Assembly: GCA_951406725.2 (NCBI GenBank)
Contig: OX597824.1
Span: forward strand, 91,450,001 to 91,514,000
DNA length: 64,000 nucleotides
Source: Octopus vulgaris
Lineage: Eukaryota
Direction: 5' to 3'
The notes beneath the pieces were generated by a model. It made no database searches. It was given only the letters and a program-made list of their open reading frames with translations, and was not told where the DNA came from. The translations under genes were made by a program, and so were the position numbers. Positions 45,654-57,840 of the stretch are shown piece by piece. Position 1 is the stretch's first letter; each line of letters begins with the position of its first letter.

Positions 45654-46241
45654 ACGCCTACACTCTCATACGTGCACACACATCTATCGCATTCTTCTTT
45701 TCTTTCTGTGTGCTGCACCTAACCAATTTTCTTTACCAGTTCCACAATATATTTAGAATATGCCTTCTAGCCTCCCAAGACTTTTCCCCAGTGTTGAGTG
45801 ATCTTTAAACAATATTTCTTTTCTCACGGAACACGTAATTAATTTTTACCAGTGTTGTACTGTAATTAATTTTTCTCCAATTTTTGACTTATTTCTCTCT
45901 CACATCTCTCCCTTTTTCTCTCGCAGCTTTCCTCCTTTTTGTCGCCCCTTTTGTTCATATCTTTTGTCCATATCCTCTTTAATCTTTCCTTTACCTCAAA
46001 CAAAAATTTATAAATGAGGATAAATATCGATATTATCCTTATTTATAAATTTATATAATTCGTCACTGTATTCACTGCGGTGTTTATTTTTAACCAAATC
46101 GCGCTTGTGAGGTTGTTGGCGGGCAATTTGAACTGGTCTTGTACATACGTGCATATATATGTATGTATGGACGTTCGTATATGTAAGTATAACGTATGTT
46201 CTGTATATATATATATTTGTATTTATATGCCCATCTGATAT

Positions 46242-46300
46242 ATTCGACTGACGAAGGCAGAGCTTATTTTAAGCAAAGTCAGAAATCCAGGATCTCGAAT
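46242..46300 (+). ncRNA. Hammerhead ribozyme motif
   Basis: attcga CTGACGA a ggc aga gctta ttt taagc aaa gtc a GAAA tccagga TC tcgaat: 6-bp stem I, stem III tcc/gga, AUC triplet. Confidence 0.72.
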
Positions 46301-46614
46301 TATCCAGTAAAATTTTTTTTTTGTTAGTTTATTTTGTCTCTCTGTCGTATCTCATGGCGCGATATGAACATTTAAGGTGGTTTTTAGGGTCAGGGTTTTC
46401 ACTGCTATTTCGGCATGGTGGTATCTCTCAGATACCCTTATTTATAATTTTTACACATACATATATGTATGTTTCTATGTATATATGCATACATATATCA
46501 CGTGATCACGTGACCGACCAGACCATCAGATGTTGCTACACATCGCTGGTCACAATGCGTTCGCATTGTTTTAGCCTTCGAACGACGCCACCCCGCTGAC
46601 TAAGCGGGCAGGCC

Positions 46615-46671
<57 letters not shown>

Positions 46672-46715
46672 CAATAATAAATCTCTGAATGAGATGTAAA
46701 CAGTAACTGCACGAC

Positions 46716-46832
46716 AATGTAAGGTATACTAGCCATCTCAATATGGCTAACCACTAAGGGTGGGGCTACAAGCTGCAGTAACACCCACCCTTAGTGGTTA
46801 GCCATATTGAGATGGCTAGTATACCTTACATT
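46716..46832. repeat. Perfect inverted repeat, 49-bp arms, 19-nt loop
   Basis: 46716-46764 is the reverse complement of 46784-46832; the right arm abuts (TA)n. Confidence 0.93.
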
Positions 46833-47451
46833 ATATATATATATATATATACACACACATGTATGTATGTATGTATGTATGTATGTATGTATATATGTAT
46901 GTATGTATGTATGTAGGTATGTATGTATGTATGCATGTATGTATGAATGTTTGTATGTATGTATGTATGTATGTAGGTATGTATGTATGTATGCATGTAT
47001 GTATGAATGTTTGTATGTATAGAAACAGTGAAGCAATAACAACAGCGGAAACAATACCAAATACTAAATCATCATACAGACCGAAAACAACATCAAAGTT
47101 AATATCTATAAAAACGGAATAAAAAGGGATAAAAAAAAGGCAAGAAAAGTGGTAAATATTCTGTCAGTTTAAGCGAGACATTTGTCCGACCAAATGAATT
47201 AGTTTTCGTGAAATTAACTCGTAATTGGGTGAGTGAATACTCCACGGATACGAAAAACCTCAACGAAATACTCAGCCACTGTGTTGTGTGAGTATGTATG
47301 TATCGATGTGTGGGTGTGTGTGCTTGTATGTGAACGTATATATATATATATATATATGAGTGTGTGTGTGTGTTTGTATGCGTGTGTTAATAACACCTAT
47401 ATGGAAAAAGCAACTCCTTATAAGTGTTGTTAACATATATATATATATATG

Positions 47452-47591
<140 letters not shown>

Positions 47592-47599
47592 TCATACAT

Positions 47600-47905
47600 A
47601 TTGGGTCATCCATTAAATTATGTGGTTTTTTTATACTTTTATTTTTCAAAATTAAGATAAACAAAGTTCTTTTTTAACCTAAAGTATACTTCTCCTTCAT
47701 TTTCTACATTGTTCTTCCATTTGTCTGGTAGACTTGCAAGGCCTCTACTCTTCTAAAATTCACTTGTCCGTGACGAAAAATGCTCCCCTAGTACTGTTCT
47801 GACCTCAACTACAGAATTCATATTTTTTCTGTCCAAATGATTTTGAAAACTGCAGAATAAATGATAATCAGATGGGGCAATGTCCAGTGAATATGGTGGG
47901 CAGGG
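47600..47905 (-). mobile_element. Mariner transposase 3' fragment with terminal repeat
   Basis: Minus strand PPYSLDIAPSDYHLF (YSPDLAPSD motif)...LPDKWKNNVENEGEY, with an in-frame stop. Confidence 0.8.
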
Positions 47906-48145
47906 CATTTACATACACACTTACACAAATATATCATCATCCTCATTGCAACCACCATACCATCATTATCATCATTTAACGTCCGCTTACCATGCTGGCA
48001 TGGATTGGACGGCTAGCCAGAAGGTAGTGTTGGGCTTCAATATTACAGTCAATGGAATGTGACTATGTAGTGCCATGAATGAAAGAGGTAAAGGAAATGA
48101 CAATGAATGACAGATGTAAAAGGGAAAGAATCAGCGAGAGAAAAC

Positions 48146-48180
<35 letters not shown>

Positions 48181-48706
48181 CACACACATAGAAAGGGAGG
48201 GAGAGACAGAAACGGAGGGAGAGAAAGGAGAAAAGGAGGGGTCGAGAGGGGAACGTTTAGATCAAAGGGCGAGAAGAGTGGGAAAGATATGAAGGAATAA
48301 AAACCGATTTCTTATCACTACAGAGGAAAGAGAAAGATGGAGAAACTGAAACTACAAGCATTACAATATTCCAAGAGGAGCAGGAAGTGGTAGAGAAGTA
48401 AAACGAGAGATGCAGCACTGTAGTTGCAGCAAAGAATAGGCAATAATCGCCGACAAAAGAGAATGGGTAGACAAGTGTGATGAGCAGTAGAGAGAGATGC
48501 TTTAAACTTTAAGTGGAAGATTACTTTCCAATTTAGAGATGTGCCATTTGTACCTTCATTTGCGCATATGTCGTGACACAGACGAAGGGCTGTGACCCCA
48601 GTGTCCGACTGATGATAAAAATCATGCAAGTCTCCAGGAGTTCCTGCAACTCCAGGAGTTCCAGGAGTTCCAAAACTGAGTTAAAAAGAATAATAATAAT
48701 GAAATA

Positions 48707-49102
48707 CTAGCAGTATAGCCCAGCGCTGCTCGGGTTTGTTTTGTTTTCGATCCTTTAGAATTGGAAATTTTGAGAAGTAAAACTTTTGCATTATGTAGCT
48801 TGTTATTCTCTTTAAGTGAACATTTTCCTGGTTGAAATACACCGAAAAATGGCGACACAGCAGTCAAAAAACTTAAATAAATAGGGATTTTCATAGAAAA
48901 AAAGTACCTTTTTGATGTAAATAATTTTCGGTGTTAACATGGTCCGATTTGAATTGTTTCTTCCATGGAAGGAAGAGAAAGCCTTCTGCTATCATACTCT
49001 CAATTTTGGTCAACTTGCATCGTAGGGTCTCGGAAGAGATAGTGTTAGTTGAAGGCTACCAAACCTGCCTTACACAGACAACTTCAGCTTTATATATATA
49101 GA
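48707..49102 (-). mobile_element. Non-autonomous Helitron-like element, different interior
   Basis: Same 3' end (ctagcagtatagcccagcgctgctcggg on +) and a tctatatatata 5' end. Confidence 0.65.
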
Positions 49103-49861
49103 GAGGTTTAGAGCCTTAAAACATTCAATCTTTCTTGTCAGTGAAAATATTCTTTTAAGAGTTAATACCATTGAATTTCATTCTTTACCGCGTGAATGTT
49201 TTCACAGTTACTGATTCAGTGGTTTAACTTTAGAACCGTTCTAATTAAGGGGTGAACAACCTATTCACTCTTTTAAAAAGTCTGAAAAACAGACACATTA
49301 TTATTTAGATATACTACGGATTTAAAAAAATAAAATTGTTAGAAAGTTTTATTAAATCATTTAAAGATTTCAAAATACGCAAACCTCACACATCCAACAA
49401 CACTATTTAATAACCTTTGCATCGCTGAAAAATACATCACTTCTCAGCGGTTATATTCACGATATTACCTCTGAGATAATGTTGTTTTGTCGTTATAAAT
49501 AAAATTATGTTAGCTGAAATATTTCAAAATATCTCACGGAAGAACGCCGTATAGCCCCGTATGACATTGCTCAATGCTTCCAGCTAACGTTATCTGTTTA
49601 CTAATACAGTTAACATTTTGTTTATAATAAACAATAGTTTTGTTTCGTATATAAATACAGACTGTTTTTTTTATTATTATTGTCGCTTGAAGATCAAGGT
49701 CGTGAAACTCAGAATCATGATTTGTAAAGTTTTTAAAAACAAATAAATGTTATTATATGACACTGTTTTATAGTATTGAGTGCCTCTTACATTAAATTCT
49801 TTACAGAAATGTATTTTTCACGCATACTATTATCTCTTATCTCTCTTACAATTAGATATAT

Positions 49862-49918
<57 letters not shown>

Positions 49919-50022
49919 CATATTCATATACACACACACATATACACATATATATATGTATGCATATATATGTATTTATATATATACATATATATACATA
50001 TATATATGTGTGTGTGTGTATG

Positions 50023-50077
<55 letters not shown>

Positions 50078-50117
50078 CTGTCACCCTACCTCTCTGTCTA
50101 TGTGTCTGTCTGGCTGC

Positions 50118-50172
<55 letters not shown>

Positions 50173-50182
50173 CCTATGTGTA

Positions 50183-50244
<62 letters not shown>

Positions 50245-51005
50245 TATACATACATACATGCATGCAAATACACGCACATGTATTAAAACGATATGTGAGA
50301 TTTCGTTGTAACATTGTATTAATGAAGTCGCATAAAGTTTTAAAAGCCATAACAATGTAGTATTAATGAAATATATACTTTTTTTATGTTGATGGATATC
50401 AAATCTTCGCAGAACATCTTTTATATATATATATGTGTGTGTGTGATGATTCAAAGCCACTTGGCATATCACTTACTTATAGCTTCTAGAATGGATTGGA
50501 GGTTAAATTTATTGTTTATACTTGTATATTTTTGTTATCATACGATTAAACATGACTTCTGAGAAAAAAAAATATTGGAAGAAACACATTCGTCTTTTAC
50601 GAATGCTGTCATTTTATTGCAGAGCTGAGAGAGAAAAAAAAAAATTAAAAACTGATGTAGTAGATTCTTTTATGACTCACTGGCACAGCGACCGGATGTA
50701 GATGATATAACGGTTGACTGGCGGGAAAATCTACGTAATTTTAAATTGGAAATTTTTTTATTTCAGGCTCGTCTGCCTGTCGTTTGTATTCCTTTTCATT
50801 TCTCGTACTGTAATTTCGTTCCTCTTCAATTGTAATTATTAAAAAAGGATTTTCTAAGGTAAAAATATCTAAAAAGAAAAAACAAAAAACAAATTATAAG
50901 CAAATGCCAATTGTCACGATCCTTAAAACATTTTTCCAGCGTATACACACACATACACACAAACACGGCACACATACACACATATATGTAGATATATACA
51001 ATTAG

Positions 51006-51052
<47 letters not shown>

Positions 51053-51056
51053 TGAA

Positions 51057-51263
51057 GTTAATCCAAACATGAAAACACAAAAAAATCACAACAACGCGAG
51101 GACGTGGAACAAATATAGTATTATTGGACGCTCAGGAAGAAAGGGAAGAACGAAGGTTTAACGTTTCGAGCGGAGCTCTTCGTCAGAAACATAGGAGAAG
51201 GAAAGATCCAGAGAAGGGAAGACAGAGGAAAAAAAATCGCCAACGGTACACACGCGGTCACAT
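51057..51263 (-). mobile_element. ~205-bp TA-flanked hammerhead-bearing element (subfamily B)
   Basis: Near-identical to 53314-53520; shares the acgctcaggaa block and the ribozyme layout with subfamily A. Confidence 0.75.
51156..51190 (-). ncRNA. Minimal type I hammerhead ribozyme motif
   Basis: Minus strand reads gttt CTGACGA a gagc tcc gctc GAAA cg TT aaac: stem I gttt/aaac, intact core, stem II gagc/gctc, tiny palindromic stem III, GUU triplet. Confidence 0.8.
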
Positions 51264-51264
51264 T

Positions 51265-51332
<68 letters not shown>

Positions 51333-51334
<2 letters not shown>

Positions 51335-51602
51335 GTCGACAGACAAGTCACCGACAGACAATTCGCCGACAGATAATTTGCCGACAGACAATTCACCGAT
51401 TGGACAATTGGGTGATTGGACAATAAGTCAACATGTGGAAGTATCGATCATGGAGTTCATCAAAACGGAAAAAGGTGGTAGAAATCTTCTATAAAGAGTA
51501 CGCCTATATAATTAAAAGAACCACAAATTGTCCAACCTGTCAACTGTCCTGTTTGTAAGTTGTATGTCGACCAACTGTCTGTTGACGAATTGTCCGTCTG
51601 CC
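51333..51602 (+). mobile_element. Mutator/foldback-like relic with 15-bp subterminal repeats
   Basis: Tandem ~15-bp units (cgacagacaattcgc) at left and inverted equivalents at right. The interior MEFIKTEKGGRNLL/KEYAY resembles the start of a FLYWCH domain. Confidence 0.55.
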
Positions 51603-52082
51603 TACAAACACGTACACATTCACAAACACTCACTCACATACACACACACAAACACACAAACACATATAAGTACATAAATACATAAATACATGCATGCATG
51701 TATGAATAACTTTCACTGACAGTATATATATTTTCGATTGACTGAGCGTTCTGTCCAATACTTAATACCAGTTTATATATTTGTGTTTCACGAAAGCATG
51801 TAGCCTGTATTCTATGGAATACAAATATACAAAAAGTGTAATGAACATCCTGAAAATGAAAAGCAAATTGTGGGAGGCATGAATAGTTTTAACAGATTCC
51901 ACCCTATAACCACCCGAAGAAAAACATAAGAATATGAAAGAATCTCAAAAACGCTGGTCATCCATCTTTTAAGCAATGATTCTCAAGAGTCTTAATAAAA
52001 TGACTGAACGGTTTTAAACGAGGTACAATAAACAAGCGAAGAATAACAAAATCACACACCTCCGTATGTTACGCACGCACGT

Positions 52083-52142
<60 letters not shown>

Positions 52143-52218
52143 GTTCTCTCTCACCATTTCTGTTTGTATTTTTCTATGTATATCTATATACGCATGTTTA
52201 TATATATACATATACGTA

Positions 52219-52288
<70 letters not shown>

Positions 52289-52474
52289 CATATATATATA
52301 CATATATATATATATAAATGTATATATGGTTACATATAGACGCATATTTACTTATATATGATTACATACTTACATGTACATATCTACATATTTATATAGA
52401 TATGTTTACATATATGAATACATGTATGTATATATTCATATTCATATGTACATCTCCAAGTGTACATATATGTA

Positions 52475-52559
<85 letters not shown>

Positions 52560-53220
52560 CATGCACATATACATATGTAGGTATGTATCTATAGTGTGAT
52601 TGATAGAGAGAAAGAGGGGAAGAAATATGTTTGAAGTTAGATAAACTGTCAGGTATGTATACTATTATATTATATAACCTTCTCTTTCAGGTAACCGAAA
52701 CAATAACTTCTGTGACCGTCACAAGCAAAACAACAATATAAACCACCACCACCACCACCACCACCACCACCACCACCACCACCACCACCTCCACCACCTC
52801 CACCACCACCACCACCACCACCACCACCACCACCACCACCACCACCACCACCACCACCACCACCACCACAACAGCAGTAGTAGCAACAACAACAATAACT
52901 TCACAGATTAAAGAAGACATACGACCCTGCTATATTGAAATACATAAACACCGCATATGTCTCACCTTCGTTTTCGTAATAATGAAGGCGCGTGGCGCAG
53001 TGGTTAGTGCGTTGCTAACTCACGATCGCAAGATCACAGTTTCGATTTCTGGGACGAGCGGTGCATTGTAGTTTTTTTTTTAAATAAAAGACTTTATTTC
53101 AACTTTTTCCAGTCAATGTAACTGTGACTTATCCTGCGACGGACTGGGGTCCCGTTCATCAGGGATGTTGTGGTTTCGGTCCCTAACACTGCATGGAAAG
53201 CAGTCAAATAACTGAAACAA

Positions 53221-53281
<61 letters not shown>

Positions 53282-53313
53282 ATATATATATATTTATATA
53301 TATATATATATAT

Positions 53314-53520
53314 AGTTAATCCAAACAAGAAAACACAAAAAAACACAACAACGCGAGGACGTGGAACAAATATAGTATTATTGGACGCTCAGGAAAGAAG
53401 GAAAGAAGGAGGGTTTAACGTTTCGAGCGGAGCTTTTCGTCGGAAACATAGGAGAAGGAAAGATCCAGAGAAGGGAAGACAGAGGAAAAAAAATCGCCAA
53501 CGGTACACACGAGGTCACAT
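53314..53520 (-). mobile_element. ~205-bp TA-flanked element (subfamily B), hammerhead core mutated to CCGACGA
   Basis: Near-identical to 51057-51263; motif at 53413-53447. Confidence 0.75.
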
Positions 53521-53524
53521 ATAT

Positions 53525-53790
53525 ATTTGTTTCAGGTATTTGACTGCGACCATTCTGTAGCACCGCCTTTAGTAGAACAAATCGACCCCGGGACTTATTC
53601 TTTGTAAGCCTAGTACTTATTCTATCGGTCTCTTTGCCGAACCGCTAAGTTACGGGGACGTAAACACATCAGCATCGGTTGTCAAGCGATGCTGGGGAGA
53701 CAAGCAAAGAAACACAAACACACACCCATGCATACATACATACATACATACATACACACACATACATACATACATACATACATACATACA

Positions 53791-53867
<77 letters not shown>

Positions 53868-54030
53868 GACGGGCTTCTTGCAGTTTCCGGCTACCAAATC
53901 CACTCACAATGTACAGGTCGACCGAGGGCTATAGCAGAAGACAGTTACCGAAGGTGGCGCGCACTGCGACTGAACCCGAATCCATGTGGCTACAACGCAA
54001 GTTTCTTAACCAGAGAGCAATGTCTGCGCT
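53525..54030 (-). mobile_element. SINE family 1 with expanded central microsatellite
   Basis: Co-linear with 34308-34722. Confidence 0.8.
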
Positions 54031-54343
54031 TATAAGAACTGCTCATAAACTTTTATGGTTGTACGGATGTCTGTTGCTTGAAGGTATGATCAGAATTTAA
54101 ATTCTAAGCGAAGAGCTTGTACTTTGACACGTTTGGCTTACCATAGTTAGTCTTTCATGCAACAAAGCCGAAAGAATTAAGTTCTACGCCAAGTGAAATT
54201 CATTAAAAGACTTTTGCCCCTGTCGACGAAAGGAAGATTCTCCAAGAATTAAAAGTGTTTATGCGTGATTTCAAGTGTTCTTCTCATGAGAGGAACTATA
54301 TCCTGGCCGAAGGCGGAAACATCACCGAATACAAATACACACA

Positions 54344-54398
<55 letters not shown>

Positions 54399-55105
54399 AC
54401 ACACACACACACGCACGCACACACACAATCGTACGAGCACAAAGGTCCTGACATTTTTATTTTGTATATGTAAATACATACACGTATACATTGACGCATA
54501 CATAAATCTACATAGATAAGTACATACACATATACATACACTCATACACGCATGTATAAATACAAACACACGCGCACACACATAAGCTCATAGAGACAAA
54601 CACACAAATCCAGATACATTTAGTTTACGAATATACATTCACACATACATTCTAACATACTTAAATACACTTATACATAAATATACGTTTGTGTGCGCAT
54701 GTGTGTGTGCGTGTGTGCGTGTGTGTGTATATGTATGTGCATGTCTGTGTGTATGTATGTATATATGAACATATATATATATATATACCTATATACACTC
54801 AGACAAGTTATGACACTTGAACTTTACGTATATGCATTCATGTGTGCATACATACACATATACATGCGTAATTAAGTAAATATACACATACATAAAATGC
54901 ATTTATATATATTGTTTAATGTGTACAGTATATAGTAATGAGATACTCAAAGTTTCTTACATTGAATATATTATGTAAGCAGGTTTTAAAACACGCCTAG
55001 ACAATATCTCCAATGTATGAAACTGTGTGCATTAAAACATATTTTTCTCTTACCAGATGGTTTACTTCTTTGTCCATCTTACCTTAACGGAAAAGTAAAC
55101 CATGT

Positions 55106-55192
<87 letters not shown>

Positions 55193-55320
55193 AGTTCAGC
55201 AAAAATTTAGATTCAAATGAATATGGTACTTAATTTAGATGCACCAGAATTTTGTATGGTGTTATCCATAAAAATCCGTGGGGTGATTATAATCAAAATA
55301 AGCAACAAGAATGACTCCGG

Positions 55321-55413
55321 TAATTTGGTACGATCGTTTCGTACTAGATTATTTTATTAAGTGTTGTAAGTATTACAACAGATTTAAGATGCTGAGTACT
55401 CATCAGCCAATTA
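55321..55413 (-). ncRNA. Hammerhead ribozyme motif with extended stem II loop
   Basis: Minus strand reads taattgg CTGATGA gtact (~50 nt) agtac GAAA cgatcg TA ccaaatta. All core nucleotides are present, stem III is palindromic and the triplet is GUA. Confidence 0.82.
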
Positions 55414-55528
55414 TAGAGGTTTACCATTAATACAAAAATTTTCAAATCAAGTGGCAACATTATGGAGAAGGTAGATATATAGACAAAGATGTGGATTTAA
55501 ATTTTAAGAACATATGAGGTAGTGGAGG

Positions 55529-55620
<92 letters not shown>

Positions 55621-55661
55621 GTATATATATATAACTCTTAGAAGACGATATAAACACGGAC

Positions 55662-55714
<53 letters not shown>

Positions 55715-55814
55715 CGAACACCAGGACAGCAAAAGGGACAGATATAAAAAAAAAAAACAAAAAACAATAATGGAATACAGAAACATGAAATACAGAAGCA
55801 TTATATATATACAC

Positions 55815-56004
55815 AGTCGCCATGATTGACCACTAGCTCCCCAAATTTTCTTATACTGTCTATTTATTTCCTTGTGTACCTTTCTGTTGAAGAGCATAGG
55901 CTCGAAACGTAAAAGGCTTTCTCACCTTCCCGAGCGTCAAACTAATACACCTGCTTGTTGTTTATACACCTATTTACGGCTTTTGTCTTTCTGTAAATTT
56001 CAAC
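55815..56004 (+). mobile_element. ~190-bp TA-flanked hammerhead-bearing element (subfamily A)
   Basis: agtcgccatg...tttcaact|atatat; co-linear with 25128-25323. Confidence 0.72.
55879..55916 (+). ncRNA. Minimal hammerhead-like motif, A6U core variant
   Basis: ccttt CTGTTGA a gagc atag gctc GAAA cg TA aaagg. Confidence 0.55.
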
Positions 56005-56162
56005 TATATATATATATATACGTTCATTCACACACACATAAATGCAAGTGTGTGTGTGTGTTTGTGTGTGCGTGAGTATGTATGTATGTATATATATATA
56101 TATACATACATACATGCATACATACACACACACACACACACATACACACACACACACACACG

Positions 56163-56194
<32 letters not shown>

Positions 56195-56303
56195 AATATA
56201 TATATAAATTTATATAAGGATAGCATCGTTATTTTAAACACCGATCATATCCAGTGTCTAGCATGGGAGTAAAAACGTCATAGGTAATAATTGTTATTAA
56301 AAT

Positions 56304-56480
56304 TATAATTAAGGGTATCTAAAAGATACCACCACGCTAGAGATAGCAGTCAAAACATGACTCTAAAAACCACATCAAATATTCATACAGCACCAGGAGA
56401 ATATCTGATGTGGCTTTTTAGAGTTATGTTTTGACTGCTATCTCTAGCATGATGGTGTCTTTTAGATACCCTTAATTATA
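56304..56480. repeat. Inverted repeat, ~80-bp arms, 14-nt loop
   Basis: tataattaagggtatctaaaaga...cacatcaaatattc / gaatatctgatgtg...tcttttagatacccttaattata. Confidence 0.9.
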
Positions 56481-56484
56481 GTTT

Positions 56485-56525
<41 letters not shown>

Positions 56526-56526
56526 T

Positions 56527-56815
56527 ACTGCAACAGCCTGTGTTTCAAGGGCCCACAGCTTTTTTATATTCTCCCAAAGAGTCTGAGGAACTTGCACAAA
56601 GTAGATGTAGGGGTTTTTAAATCAAAGCAGGACCTCTTCCTGTCGAGAGTCCCAGATGAACCTACCGCACAGCAAGAGTTGCAAATAAGGGTAGGTATAT
56701 CAAATTCCATGCTTCACCAAGAGCCACATATTAGAGGAGGCTCTTAGTAATAACAGCGTAGCAAAACGGCGGTGCATTAGCATGGCCACAGCTCTGAGCT
56801 GAAGCTAGAGAAAAA
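56527..56815 (+). mobile_element. CR1/L2-type LINE 3' end
   Basis: CNSLCFKGPQLFYILPKSLRNL...FKSKQDLFLSRVPDEP, a typical ORF2 C-terminus. Confidence 0.6.
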
Positions 56816-56818
56816 ATA

Positions 56819-56877
<59 letters not shown>

Positions 56878-57157
56878 TCTCAATTCGATGAAGTTAGATC
56901 CACATTAGGGATAGTATAATCCAAAAGATTCCACTGGTTAATCTCTGTCATATAATAAGAAAGTCTCTGTCATATGTTAAGGACTATTGTAGTAATACGT
57001 GTTATTAATATTGAAAGAAACTGGAGAAAGATGGAGGTATGAATAATTTATTTGTATGAAATAAATATATTGAAAATCTTCTAAAAAATAACGCTACAAA
57101 TAATTTGCATGCATCCATTCAAGAAACATGCTAACCTTTATTCTATAAATTCATAAT

Positions 57158-57269
57158 AGCCCTGAAGATTCTGTCCTATGTAGTTAAAATGATTCCATTC
57201 TTAGCATATAACTAAATGTTCAGAATTACATATCAAGTAGCGGCTAGAACGGAAACATATATGTAGGTT
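57158..57269 (+). ncRNA. Candidate hammerhead motif with long stem II region
   Basis: agcc CTGAAGA ttctg...tagaacg GAAA catatatg TA ggtt: palindromic stem III and GUA triplet. Confidence 0.45.
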
Positions 57270-57344
57270 TTTTCGCATATCCCATTGGTTTTTGAGCATT
57301 ACAACTTATAATTTTTTGTATTGTTATTTAAAGAAAAAATTCAG

Positions 57345-57706
57345 CATCTTTATATCAGTTCTATATTTGAGAGATGAGGAATTATGTACATTATTTGCAT
57401 TATTTATATTTGAGGTTGTTAACACAACGTTTCAACCCTTGTGGGATGAAGTTAAAATAATAGACAGCGAACACCACTGGAAAATAGGAAAGCTAAAAGA
57501 AGCAGCACATGCTAGGACACAACAACCTCCTAAGCAGACCAAGTGCGGATATGAGCAGCATATGGGAACTGGTGTTAAGGAAGGATAGGAAAATATTAGA
57601 TTTATAAGCCCTAAAATTCATTCCATAATTGCTCACGGGCAATGGCGTAGTGGTTGAGTGTGCGGGCTACTAACTTCAATATTCCGAGTTCGATTCCAGG
57701 TAGTAA

Positions 57707-57742
<36 letters not shown>

Positions 57743-57840
57743 TGATATCGGAAAATTCTCTAGGGTATATCAGCCGAAATGTGTTAACAACAACAAACAA
57801 GATGAGGACAAGTATCTGTCAACTGTAAATAATGTAAATA
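57345..57840 (+). mobile_element. 5'-truncated Penelope-like element: GIY-YIG C-terminal fragment, 3' region and inverted terminal piece
   Basis: PLWDEVKIIDSEHHWKIGKLKEAAH (~57436-57510) resembles the C-terminus of PLE GIY-YIG endonucleases. 57345-57435 is an inverted partial copy of the 3' end (ttgttaacaca vs tgtgttaacaa at ~57780). Confidence 0.65.

Noticed and set aside
57637-57710. tRNA gene
   Set aside because: A/B-box-like motifs are present, but it is a repeated module within a mobile element (also at 9782-9855). I could not fold a clean cloverleaf. The same holds for the SINE heads.
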